Source: Octopus vulgaris
Taxonomy: Eukaryota
Direction: 5' to 3'
DNA length: 64,000 bases
Assembly: GCA_951406725.2 (NCBI GenBank)
Contig: OX597815.1
Location: 199,578,001-199,642,000, forward strand
Shown here: positions 11,752 to 22,574 of the stretch, piece by piece
How positions within the stretch are numbered: position 1 is the first letter of the stretch
Layout of the letters: each line of letters opens with the position of its first letter
Notes under the pieces: generated by a model
The model's input: the letters and a program-made list of their open reading frames with translations, nothing else
Database searches by the model: none
Told to the model about the DNA's origin: nothing
Made by a program: the position numbers and the translations under genes

Positions 11752-12259
11752 AAGGGTATGGCCTGGTCAGCCTGTAATGACATGCATAAGATCTGGTCAT
11801 CAAATCTAAGTAGAGACTTCAAACTTGAAATCTTCAAAGCCACAGTCGAACCAATTCTACTATATGGCTCAGAAACCTGGACGTTATCAAAGACACTTGA
11901 GAGGTGGTTGGATGGAACCTACACTCGCCTCCTTATGTGAGAGCTCAAAATCTCTCGTGGAAGCGCCATCCAACCAAAATGCAAATATATGGGAAACTAC
12001 TACCTGTGTCATCTCTTGTGAAAGGTAGAAGAGTCCAGTTTGCTGGACATTGTTGCAGAGCTGAAAAAGAGGTAATTTCTATTCTTCTCTGGAAGCCATC
12101 TACTTGCAATACCAGAGAGCGCACACTCTCCTACCCTGATGTAATCTCCAGGGATACAGGCATCCTGCAACAGGACCTCCGTAATGCCATGATGGACCGT
12201 GAAGTCTGGCGTAGCATGGTAAATTCCATTGTCTCGACCACGGTCAAACAATGATGATG
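11752..12259 (+). mobile_element. 5'-truncated RTE-group LINE of a second family with (TGA)n tail
   Basis: FKATVEPILLYGSETWTL..LDGTYTRLL..RRVQFAGHC..AMMDREVWR; TSD AGGGCTCA (11744-11751, 12260-12267) splitting the host GVHQGS codons. Confidence 0.85.
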
Positions 12260-12392
12260 AGGGCTCACTTCTCTGTCCCTTCCAATTCATTTGAGTCCTT
12301 CATGCTATAACAAAGGAGTTTAAAACTGGTTGACCATGGAAACTCCTATATGCTCATGATCTTGTTCTCATAGCTGAATTGATAGTAGAATT

Positions 12393-12787
12393 AGGAGCTG
12401 GCAGAAACGTTAGCACGTTGGGTGAAATGCTTAGTGGTATTTCGTCTGCCTTACGTTCTGAGTTCAAATTCCACCGAGGTCTACTTTGCCTTTCATCCTT
12501 TCGGGGGTCGATAAATTAAGTACCAGTTACGCACTGGGGTCGATGTAATCGACTTAATCCGTTTGTTGGTCCTTGTTTGTCCTCTCTGTGTTTAGCCCCT
12601 CGTGGGTAGTAAAGAAATAGGTATTTTGTCTGCCTTACATTCTGAGTTCAAATTCTGCTGAGGTCGACTTTGCCTTTCATCCTATCAGGATCGATAAATT
12701 AAGTTGATATAATCGACTTAATCCCCTTGTCTATCCTTGTTTCTTCCCTGTATGTTTAGCCCCTTGTAGGCAATAAAGAAATAAGAA
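12393..12787 (+). mobile_element. Dimeric SINE (family C) with Deu/Nin-like central domain
   Basis: tRNA-like head (gagttcaaattcc) followed twice by gtcgactttgcctttcatcc..gtcgataaattaagt; older copies near 59350-59770 and 61770. Confidence 0.65.
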
Positions 12788-12840
12788 TTAGAATGGAAAT
12801 TCTGGATTAGGAAGCTAAATCTGGAATTAAAAGGGTTTAA

Positions 12841-13430
12841 CCCTTTAACATTCACATTATTCTGTCAAATGTAAGGATTATTTATTTTCATTGTTTTTAA
12901 TTAATCTGCTTTATCTTGTAGTTTTGAAAATTTGATTAGGTAACTGTTAATTTTTAGAATGATATTTTTAGGTTTGTATGAGAGGCTAGATCTGGCCAGT
13001 CTGATCATAAAACATACTCTCTTTTACTTGTTTCAGTCATTTGACTGTGGCCATGCTGGAGCACCACCTTTAGTCAAGCAAATCAATCCCAGGACTTATT
13101 CTTTGTAAGCCTGGCACTCATTCTATCATTCTCTTTTACCGAACCACTAAGTTACGGGGACATAAACACTCCAGCATCGGTTGTCAAGCGATGTTGGGGG
13201 AACAAACACACATATATATATACATATATATGGCGGGCTTCTTTCAGTTTCTGTTTACCAAATCTACTCACAAGGCCTTGGTCAGCCCGAGGCCATAGTA
13301 GAAGACACTTGCCCAAGGTGCCACACAGTAGGATGAACCCGGAACCACGTGGTTGGTAAGCAAGCTACTTACCACTCCTGCACCTATGGAATATTTTGGT
13401 CAGATATGGCCATTTAAATGCTAATGTGTA
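12841..13430. mobile_element. piggyBac-type MITE with nested SINE family A (13016-13387, minus)
   Basis: TTAA-CCCTTTAACATT start; same family as 62755-62975; SINE A sequence inside. Confidence 0.65.
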
Positions 13431-14664
13431 AAAATAATTATAGCAAACACCATAGTGTTAGTATATAGGAAAGCAGACGGTACTCTCCTTCCATCTGGGA
13501 AACAACCGTACTTAATATATTGAAAAGGAGAAGACTGAAATTGCATATGGTGTATCTAATGCAAACTAGGGACACACAATGCATGCAGGTTAACAAATAG
13601 ATGCACAAATCTATAAACACTAAGAGCACAAGGGAAAGACCTAGGAGGGTCCCTTGAGGTAGTGGATAGCTTCTGTTACCAAGGTGACCCAATTAGCTTC
13701 GGAACAGGATGTTCTGAGAGTATAGTTGTTAGAATAAAAACAAGGTTGTATGGTGCTTGTATAGGTGGCTGTGGGTCCTGAACAACAGAGGGTAGGCAAA
13801 GATTAGAAAATTATGCAGAGGGCATCATTCTATTGAATGTGTAATGGAAGTATGCATGAACAAAGAAGAAATGTGTTGAGAGAAAAATTAGACATAAGGG
13901 GTATTACATGCAGCATGCAAAAAGGAGGGAGACCCAGAAAGACTTCTTTTCATTAATGCCATGACTTTTGTGGTAACAACGTTCCTTCGAATATCACAAA
14001 CAAAATGAAGAGATATGTGAAAAAATTCCCAGTACCACGATGGAAGATCTCAGGAAATGTGTTTCATTTGCCAAAAGACTATCGTAAGCTTAATATACTC
14101 TTTGACTTGTTTCAGTCATTTGACTGCGGCCATGCTGGAGCACCGTTTCTAGTCGAGTAAATCGACTCCAGGACTTATTCTTTGTAAGCCTAGTACTTAT
14201 TCTACCGGTCTCTTTAGCCAAACCGCTAAGTGACGGGGACGTAAACACACCAGCATCGATTGTCAAGCAATGCTAGGGGGACAAACACAGACACTCAAAC
14301 ATATATATATATATATATATATATACCCCTTAACTTTGTCACTAATGTTTTTTAGTATAACACCTACGCTAATTCTATAAACAAGCCTGTCAATATAAAT
14401 ATTCTCCTGAACTGAACTGCGACTGCCAGCCGCCACTGACCATTCAAAATACAACCATCAGGGCACTCCCAGATTCTCCCACCCCCTTTCCTCACCAGCC
14501 TTCTTCCTCTACTACCCTACCAAGAACTCACAAGACCTCCAACACACAAGTGCAAACAAGGGAGTCAGAGAAAGGCAGAATGCCACTTAAATCTGAACAC
14601 TACTATAGAAATATTCCTTTAAAAAAACTTTTCTTCTAATTTTTCTAAATTTAATTATTTAATC

Positions 14665-14710
14665 GTTACAGTTGAAAAGGTCTCAAAATGACCGAAACCA
14701 GTACTGAAAT
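14665..14710 (+). ncRNA. Minimal type I hammerhead ribozyme, U3-A8 core (5' pLTR copy)
   Basis: GTTACAG-TTGAAAA-GGTC(tcaaaat)GACC-GAAAC-CA-GTA-CTGAAAT. Confidence 0.7.
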
Positions 14711-15711
14711 GTTCACTATAAAATTATTTTAACATTTTCTATTTTTGACTTGTTTTTTCATATATATCAACTCGTGTGTTCCTTTTCACCCTTATACATA
14801 TCATTAACCCACACGAGATACAGAAAATGCCGACAAAAACAGACACAATCACCTCCATAAATGAAGAAATACTGAAAGAACTCAAGAAAATCAACACAAA
14901 TTTGTCAACATTTTTGAACAAATTCGACTCGACACATCAACCCAATCGAGAGAACAATGAGGAAACAGATACGAAAAATACAACCTCCGAAATTGTCGAA
15001 AACCTTGGAAACTTATGCGAAACAATTAGAACATTTTTCTCTAACAACGCTAACCAAGGACCTCCAAACGCGTCAATATATGGGATCAATACTCTAACAA
15101 CATACCAAATGAAACACCACATAATACCACAATGGAACAAATCACTCAGAGATAGAAAGTTCGCCTTTTGGAAGATGATCCAAAACAACAACAAAGCGGA
15201 TATATACGAAAAATGGCTCAACCGGACCCCATTAACTCCCACGTAAATTCAGTAATGCTATTACAGAAGAACCTGAAACACAAAGACTACCTCAGGGAGA
15301 GAATGGCACTGTCAAAAAAATGAAAATGGAAATAGAACTTCTGAAATTGAGGGCCCAAACGAATGAGGATTCAAAATAAAATCCACCGATGAAGATATCA
15401 ACGAAGAAATTCCCAAAATGACCCAAGGCCCAGAACTCACAAGACCTCCAACACACAAGTGCAAACAAGGGAGTCAGAGAAGTTCTCCAAAATCTGAACA
15501 CTGGAAAGAAAAAAACTTTTCTTCTAATTTTTCTAAATTTAATTATTTAATCGTTAAAGAAAAGGTCTCAAAATGACCGAAACCAGTACTGAAATGTTCA
15601 CTATAAAATTATTTTAACATTTTCTATTTTTGACTTGTTTTTTCATATATATCAACTCGTGTGTTCCTTTTCACCCTTATACATATCATTAACCCACACG
15701 AGATACAGAAA

Positions 15712-16947
15712 ATGCCGACAAAAACAGACACAATCACCTCCATAAATGAAGAAATACTGAAAGAACTCAAGAAAATCAACACAAATTTGTCAACATTTTT
15801 GAACAAATTCGACTCGACACATCAACCCAATCGAGAGAACAATGAGGAAACAGATACGAAAAATACAACCTCCGAAATTGTCGAAAACCTTGGAAACTTA
15901 TGCGAAACAATTAGAACATTTTTCTCTAACAACGCTAACCAAGGACCTCCAAACGCGTCAATATATGGGATCAATACTCTAACAACATACCAAATGAAAC
16001 ACCACATAATACCACAATGGAACAAATCACTCAGAGATAGAAAGTTCGCCTTTTGGAAGATGATCCAAAACAACAACAAAGCGGATATATACGAAAAATG
16101 GCTCAACCGGACCCCATTAATCCTCCCACGTAAATTCCAGTTCAAAGCTATTACAGAAGAACCTGAAACACAAAGACACCTCAGGGAGAGAATGGCACTG
16201 GAAAAAATGAAAATGGAAATAGAACTTCTGAAATTGAGGGCCCAAACGAATGAGGATAAAATAAAATCCACCGATGAAGATATCAACGAAGAAATTCGCA
16301 AAATGACCCAAGGCCCAGATCAAGAGAAGTTCTCCAAACTATGGAAAGAGGACTGTGAAAAAGAAGAACTAAAATCTCTCCAACGCTGGGAGAAAAGCGC
16401 CACTTGGTTCTCAGACTATGAAGCCGTCTTTCAAACAGAGCACGCCTCCAACAACCCTTTCCAGAAAATAAGAAAACCAAAACAACACCCAAACACCGAT
16501 ACACACCTGTCTAAAAATCGGAACCTTCACTACTATCAAAAAAAGAATACAGGACCTAACCCTAACTCTGTAAGCAGCCAGCGATACAATATCAGGAATA
16601 CCCCCACTTCAAGCAGAGAAAGGATAAATCAACACCCACAGCATAGACACTGCAACCTTATCCCCACCCAAAGGAGTTACCAACGAAATCTTCGTCCCAT
16701 CAACCGGTTAAACAACCATGCACGACAAACCCACACCACTTGCAATGATTACCAACGAAGGCCTCCTAGAACACCACACCCGAATATGGGATATCGAGAT
16801 GCTCTCCTCAATACTGCTCCAAGAACACACACCATAAATCACAACAGGAGACCCCACATCAACAAAGAACAACTATATACTAGCTACCGTCCCAACCACC
16901 GCATTCATTTTTTAGACCCAATACGCAAACACAGAGACACAAGATAG
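15712..16947 (+). CDS. PLE ORF1, 411 aa: helical/coiled-coil N-half and basic, low-complexity C-half
   Basis: Uninterrupted ORF from the first ATG; heptad-like ERMALEKMKMEIELLKLRAQTNEDKIKSTDEDINEEIRKM; R/N/H/P-rich tail; no family recognised. Confidence 0.75.
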   Translation: MPTKTDTITSINEEILKELKKINTNLSTFLNKFDSTHQPNRENNEETDTKNTTSEIVENLGNLCETIRTFFSNNANQGPPNASIYGINTLTTYQMKHHIIPQWNKSLRDRKFAFWKMIQNNNKADIYEKWLNRTPLILPRKFQFKAITEEPETQRHLRERMALEKMKMEIELLKLRAQTNEDKIKSTDEDINEEIRKMTQGPDQEKFSKLWKEDCEKEELKSLQRWEKSATWFSDYEAVFQTEHASNNPFQKIRKPKQHPNTDTHLSKNRNLHYYQKKNTGPNPNSVSSQRYNIRNTPTSSRERINQHPQHRHCNLIPTQRSYQRNLRPINRLNNHARQTHTTCNDYQRRPPRTPHPNMGYRDALLNTAPRTHTINHNRRPHINKEQLYTSYRPNHRIHFLDPIRKHRDTR

Positions 16948-19233
16948 CACCAAACAAGCAGGAGGAACCAAAAGTAATAAAAATGATCAATCTAACTCAC
17001 AAGGAACTAACAGCAAACCAAATAAACATACTTTCCAAAGGACTCAAGTTTACACCCACCCCACAACACCCCAACTACAACGAAATGAAAGAAGACATCG
17101 CAGAATTCTGCAGAAAATTAAGACTTACTGAGGAGCTATACGATAAATACAACGAGGACGAATCGTTAGCCAGAAATAGGAGTAACTACACCCCCTCGAA
17201 AGGTAAGAACAAAACACTTGATGATTTCTGTGACCACATATCTAATTACCCATATCAACATATGCACAAACAAAAACACAAACCAAACTTCAGCAAAAAA
17301 GAATGGGCTGAGTTGAACAAATTAAAACTAGATAAAACAATAACAATCAAAGAGGCCGATAAAGGGAGTGCTGTTGTCTTAATGGATACGACATTTTACA
17401 AAACTTTGGTACTTTCTATGCTGGAAGACACAACATACTATGAAAAGGCACAAAACTACAGTCAACAAAAAATAATGAGGGAACTAAAATCCATATTAAA
17501 CCCATACAAAGCAGGGCTCACCGACAAAGAATATGATTATATGACCAATTTCACAAGCAAAACCAGCCAATTCTACGGTATACCTAAGATCCACAAAAGT
17601 GAGAAAATAAGCAACGCATGCAAGATAGCTACAGACAAAATAATTAAAGTCCCTAATCCTAATGACCTCAAATTGAGACCCATAATAGCAGGTCCCGCAT
17701 GCGAAACCCACCGCCTCAGTAACTTTTTAGACACCCTGTTAAAACCACTCCTAAAACATGTCAAAAGCTATATAAGGGACGACTTAGATATGCTCAATCA
17801 CCTACCGAATACTATAAACAAAAACACCATACTGGTATCCTTCGATGTAGTCAACCTCTACTCCAATATCCCCCACAACCTAGGACTAGAGGCAATCCAA
17901 TTCTGGCTAGAAAATCACGCCAACGAACTACCACATCGCATCAAAAAAGAATTCGTGATAGAAGGGGTTAAATTCATCCTGGAAAATAACTTCTTCGCCT
18001 TCAATGACTTCTACCGACAAAAATCGGGGACTGCGATGGGTACATGAATGGCCCCCTCCTTTGCCAACCTAGTCATAGGATATCTAGAGATCAGTCTGTA
18101 TCGTAAGGTTCTAGAAAGATATGGCAGCCCTTTCTCCATCTACATAGAAAACAACTGGAAGAGATATCTAGATGACTGTTTCATCCTTTGGCATAAAAAT
18201 ATAGAAAAACTCATAGAATTCCAGGAAATTTTAAACGGACTGGACGTAAACATCCAATTCACGATGGAATATAGCCAGCAACAACTCCCCTTCCTCGATA
18301 TCCTCATTAAGAAAGCTAATAATATAATAGAAACAGACATATATTATAAGCCTACAGACTCTAAGCAATATCTTCCATTCAATTCATGCCACCCCAGACA
18401 CACCAGGATGAATATCCCCTTCAACCTAGCAAAAAGGATATGCACTATAGTCTCGAACGCAAACACCAGAGACACACGACTACAAGAACTAAAAGATACC
18501 CTTATCACCAGGAACTATCCACCTTCACTTATTGACAAGTGCATTCAACGTGCCCTTCAACTTAACATCAAGGAACTGAGACATCCCAAATCAAAGAAAA
18601 CTTACAACCAAAAGCCTTACCATACATCTCCACACACAACCCTCTCAATAACGAAGCCTTCGGCACCATCCTCCACAACATACCCCTCCTAAAAAAAGAC
18701 CACAGAATGAACACAATCCTCCAAACACACACGATCATAAAAAGCAAGAGACAGCCTAAATCCATGAAAAGTCTCCTAACACAAGCCCGAATTCACTCTT
18801 CAACACAGAAGCCGACAGTAAAAAAATGTGGAAGACCCAATTGCGGGATATGCGACTATCTAATTGAGGGATCAGAGTTCTCCTTCAAACAGGGACAACG
18901 GTTTACAGTGAAAAGCAACTTTACATGTGCTTCGGAGAACCTAATATACTCACTAACCTGCTCCGGGTGTCAAGAGCAGTACATAGGCCAAACAAAAAAT
19001 AGTTTGCGTAAACGAATGGCCCTGCACAGATCCCAGATAAAAATTCCCCAAAACAGAAAAATAGCTTTTAGCCAACACATAGATACTTGCGCCAACAAAA
19101 AACACCAAGCTTCAGGATTTTCCCCCTCTACCAATTTAGGGACGATACAACCTCGAGACAACGAATAAGTAAAGAAACTCTCTTTATTGCAAAATAGAGG
19201 CCACTTCTTAACGGGTTTACGACAAACAATTAA
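16884..19233 (+). pseudogene. PLE reverse transcriptase + GIY-YIG endonuclease ORF, disrupted
   Basis: KEADKG, FYGIPKIHK, LRPII, LVSFDVVNLYSNIP, GTAMGT, WKRYLDD, LPFLD, SCHPRH, NLIYSLTC..YIGQT..LRKRMALH, RPLLN; TGA at 18045, -1 shifts in A-runs near 18600 and 19100, TAG near 19195. Confidence 0.92.
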
Positions 19234-19379
19234 TATACCTCAACTTTAGAATAAAAGAAATATTCACACACAAATATTACATTCCAAAGAATCCATTACT
19301 AATCACAGCTATAATCCATAACATACCAACTTCAAGTCATACAACACCTCCCTACTTTAACCCATTCATATTCTCCCTT

Positions 19380-19580
19380 CTCTGTTTTTTTCTTCTTCTT
19401 CCTCTTCTTCTTCATCATCATCATTATCATCATCATCGTCGTCATAATCTTCACCACCATCACCATCATCTTCTCCTTCTCCTTCTTCTTCTTCTTCTTC
19501 TTCATCATCATCATCAACATCGTCATCTTCTTCTTCTTCTACTTCTTCTTCTTCTTCTTCATCTACTTCTCCACCTCCTA
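19380..19580. repeat. (CTT)n/(CAT)n compound microsatellite in the PLE 3' UTR
   Basis: Direct. Confidence 0.9.
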
Positions 19581-19919
19581 CCCCTTAACTTTGTCACTAA
19601 TGTTTTTTAGTATAACACCTACGCTAATTCTATAAACAAGCCTGTCAATATAAATATTCTCCTGAACTGAACTGCGACTGCCAGCCGCCACTGACCATTC
19701 AAAATACGACCATCAGGGCACTCCCAGATTCTCCCACCCCTTTCCTCACCAGCCTTCTTCCTCTACTACCCTACCAAGAACTCACAACGACCTCCAACAC
19801 ACAAGTGCAAACAAGGGAGTCAGAGAAAGGCAGAATGCCACTTAAATCTGAACACTACTATAGAAATATTCCTTTAAAAAAACTTTTCTTCTAATTTTTC
19901 TAAATTTAATTATTTAATC

Positions 19920-19965
19920 GTTACAGTTGAAAAGGTCTCAAAATGACCGAAACCGGTACTGAAAT
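19920..19965 (+). ncRNA. Minimal type I hammerhead ribozyme, U3-A8 core (3' pLTR copy, intact ACCGGT palindrome)
   Basis: GTTACAG-TTGAAAA-GGTC(tcaaaat)GACC-GAAAC-CG-GTA-CTGAAAT; predicted cleavage after A19958. Confidence 0.78.
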
Positions 19966-20575
19966 GTTCACTATAAAATTATTTTAGCATTTTCTATTTT
20001 TGACTTGTTTTTTCATATATATATATATATATATATATACGACAGGCTTCTGTCAGTTTCCGTCTACCCAAATCCACTCACAAGGCATTGGTCGACCCGG
20101 GGCTATAGCAGAAGACACTTGCCCAAGATGCCATGCAGTGGGACTGAACCCGGAACCATGTGGTTGGTTAGCAAGCTACTTACCACACAGTCACTCCTGC
20201 GCCTAATATGATGAAGTGTGTTTTTGAAGGCATCCAAGCTGTTCTATGTGGAGGTGTAGAAGTCGTACATGACTTAAAATTTGAGGGTTGAAATGCAAAG
20301 AGATGAAAAAATCAGAATACAAAAAGCTTCAAAGTCTGAAAGCTCAGAATAACAAATTCTGAAACGCTTTAAGACAAAAAAAATTATTATTATTATAGTG
20401 ACAAGAAAAATTATTATTATAAAATAGGGAGAGCGGATCTCTAGTTACCGAACCCCATGGAGGAGATGTCAAAGGACCAAAATAACTGGTGATAGGCAGT
20501 GCTAGAGAAGACTAAACCGTCTTGTTGAATGAGGTTCCAGAAGCACAATCTATATATATATATTTGTTTGGATTA

Positions 20576-20623
<48 letters not shown>

Positions 20624-20796
20624 AATTGTGATAGGGGTTGTAAATGCAACCCTCCATGGGATAACATATATCCAATATACTGCTAGTGAAGTACCCAACA
20701 AAGTTAATACATAAATGTTAATGATTGTGATGCAATCAATTCAGTTACTGTATTATATGGGCAAAGGTAAAATGATTTACCACAAATTACTAATAC

Positions 20797-20988
20797 AAGA
20801 TAAGAAAATGGTGAAATACATCTAAATCAAATATCAATTACCAGATAATACTCAATCACATACTTTATTAAACCACCACATAAGAGACCGAACCCTACAG
20901 TCTCTTATGTGGTGGTTTAATAAAGTATGTGATTGAGTATTATCTGGTAATTGATATTTGATTTAGATGTATTTCTCCATTTTCTTAT

Positions 20989-20991
<3 letters not shown>
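20797..20991. repeat. Long inverted repeat: 92-bp arms, 1 mismatch, 11-nt loop
   Basis: 20797-20888 is the reverse complement of 20900-20991. Confidence 0.95.
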
Positions 20992-21028
<37 letters not shown>

Positions 21029-21404
21029 ATGAGGCCTCTTGCTCAAGCTTTACCCATCACCTACTTAACCAGTGTATTTTCTTGCCGCAACAAAATGTGA
21101 GCAGAACAGCATACTTCATATTCTTCTCTGTGTGTGATTGTTATTTCATATCTCCTTGTGTCTACACTTGGGATTTGCTCATTGTTTGTTAAAAAATTTT
21201 TTTAAAAAGGCACATTTTTGTTGTCTTTTGTTTCCTCTTGTCCACAAAAGCACGTCTGGAGATGTTTTTTTGTTTGACTGACAGGTAGATTATTACGTCA
21301 CCTGGAAAAAAAATGGGACGAGGCGATTAGAAGGGTATCTGGACATAGAGATCTCTACTTTGACCCATGCAAGCAGCGAAAAAATAGACGTTAAAACGAT
21401 TATC

Positions 21405-22475
21405 CTATACATACATACATACATACATACATAGGCACACACTATATATATATATATATATCGCACACACATACATAAATATTATTTAATACATATTGCA
21501 TATATGTATACATAAATATAAATACATATACACATATATAGATCCCATATATATTTACATATACACATAATATGTATATAAATATACACATAATATATAT
21601 ATATATATATACATATACACATATGTATATAAATATACACATAATATATATATATATATACATATACACATAATATATATATATACATATACACATAATA
21701 TGTATATAAATATACACATAATATATATATATACATACACACATAATGTATATATACATATACATACTGTACATGCATATACATACACAGAGAAAACGTA
21801 GTTCTACGTTGTTAGAGCCTTAATTTTGTTACTTCCCCCTCAATAAACCTCTCTTACGTTGTTTAATAATCTCCTTTTCTCACTACGCAGTCATTCCGTT
21901 TCTTCTCCTCCTCCCCATTTTTCCCTCGCTCACTCTCTCATAGCACTACTTCCTATCTCTATTTCACTCTCTCACAGAGCATTACAAATCACTCCGTTAT
22001 CACTCTTTGTCTTTCTTTTTTCGAAGCTCCTCACTCATCCCGCTTTCTCTCTTTCTTTTATTCCCTCCCTCTCTTTCATTTATTACCTTCTATTTTTTCC
22101 TCCCTCCCTCTCTCATAGCATTACTCTCTATCTATCTCTGTTTCACTCTCTCACAGAGCATTTGAAATCACTCCGTTATCTCTCTCTCTCTCTGTCTGTC
22201 TTTCTCTTTGCAGCTCCTCACTCATCCTGCTTTCTCTCTTTCTTTTTATTTCCTCTCCCTCTCTTTCATTAATATTACCTTCTATTTTTTCCTCCTTCCT
22301 TCCTTTCTCTCACTGTGTGTGTCTCTCTCTCCTTCGCAGCTCCTCACTCATCCCGCTTTCTCTCTTTCTTTGATTCCCTCCCTCTCTTTCACTTATATTA
22401 CCTTCTATTTTGTTCCTCCTTCCTTCCTTTCTCTCTCTCTCTCTCTCCTTATCTGTCTATCTCTCTCTCTCTTTT
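21405..22475. repeat. AT/AC compound microsatellites followed by a CT-rich internally repeated tract
   Basis: Direct; gctcctcactcatcc recurs at about 22026, 22213 and 22338. Confidence 0.8.
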
Positions 22476-22494
22476 TTTTTTTCAAAAATCTTTT

Positions 22495-22545
22495 TCCGGT
22501 GTCTACGTCACTTCCGCCGCCATCACCTTAGTAGTCGCCGCCTAG
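22495..22545 (+). promoter_or_regulatory. CpG-rich promoter-like element (ETS-CRE composite + YY1-like core)
   Basis: ACGTCACTTCCG (reverse complement CGGAAGTGACGT) at 22505-22516 and CCGCCATC at 22517-22524 in otherwise CpG-poor DNA. Confidence 0.55.
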
Positions 22546-22553
22546 TTTCTACT

Positions 22554-22574
22554 ATGGAGTATCCATTCGACGGG
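22554..22574 (+). CDS. Candidate distal alternative first coding exon of TIA-1/TIAR (MEYPFDG)
   Basis: ATG..GGG|gtaaca phase-0 donor, in frame with the exon at 28999. Confidence 0.4.

Larger units (their letters stand above)
10190..13940 (+). mobile_element. Highly decayed RTE LINE hosting at least five younger insertions
   Basis: Scattered motifs KAIKDMK..EMLKISG, GVHQGS, VVDSFCYQGD; same family as 745-1915. Confidence 0.75.
14326..20022 (+). mobile_element. Near-complete Penelope-like retroelement (Neptune-like) with pLTR direct repeats and a partial 5' tandem copy
   Basis: pLTRs 14326-14767 and 19581-20022 nearly identical; PLE-type RT, Cys-rich linker CGRPNCGIC, C-terminal GIY-YIG; 885-bp-offset duplication of the 5' region. 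Confidence 0.93.
14096..20205 (-). mobile_element. SINE family A split by the Penelope-like element (halves about 14096-14300 and 20038-20205)
   Basis: The two halves rejoin into a complete family A SINE across (TA)n. Confidence 0.85.

Noticed and set aside
18045-18047. In-frame TGA as selenocysteine or readthrough in the PLE RT
   Set aside because: It falls in GTAMGT-x-MAP, where a basic residue is usual; CGA>TGA deamination explains it; no SECIS recognised and the copy has other lesions
14326-20022. LTR retrotransposon
   Set aside because: The direct repeats lack TG..CA ends; no protease, RNase H or integrase; RT and GIY-YIG are PLE-type
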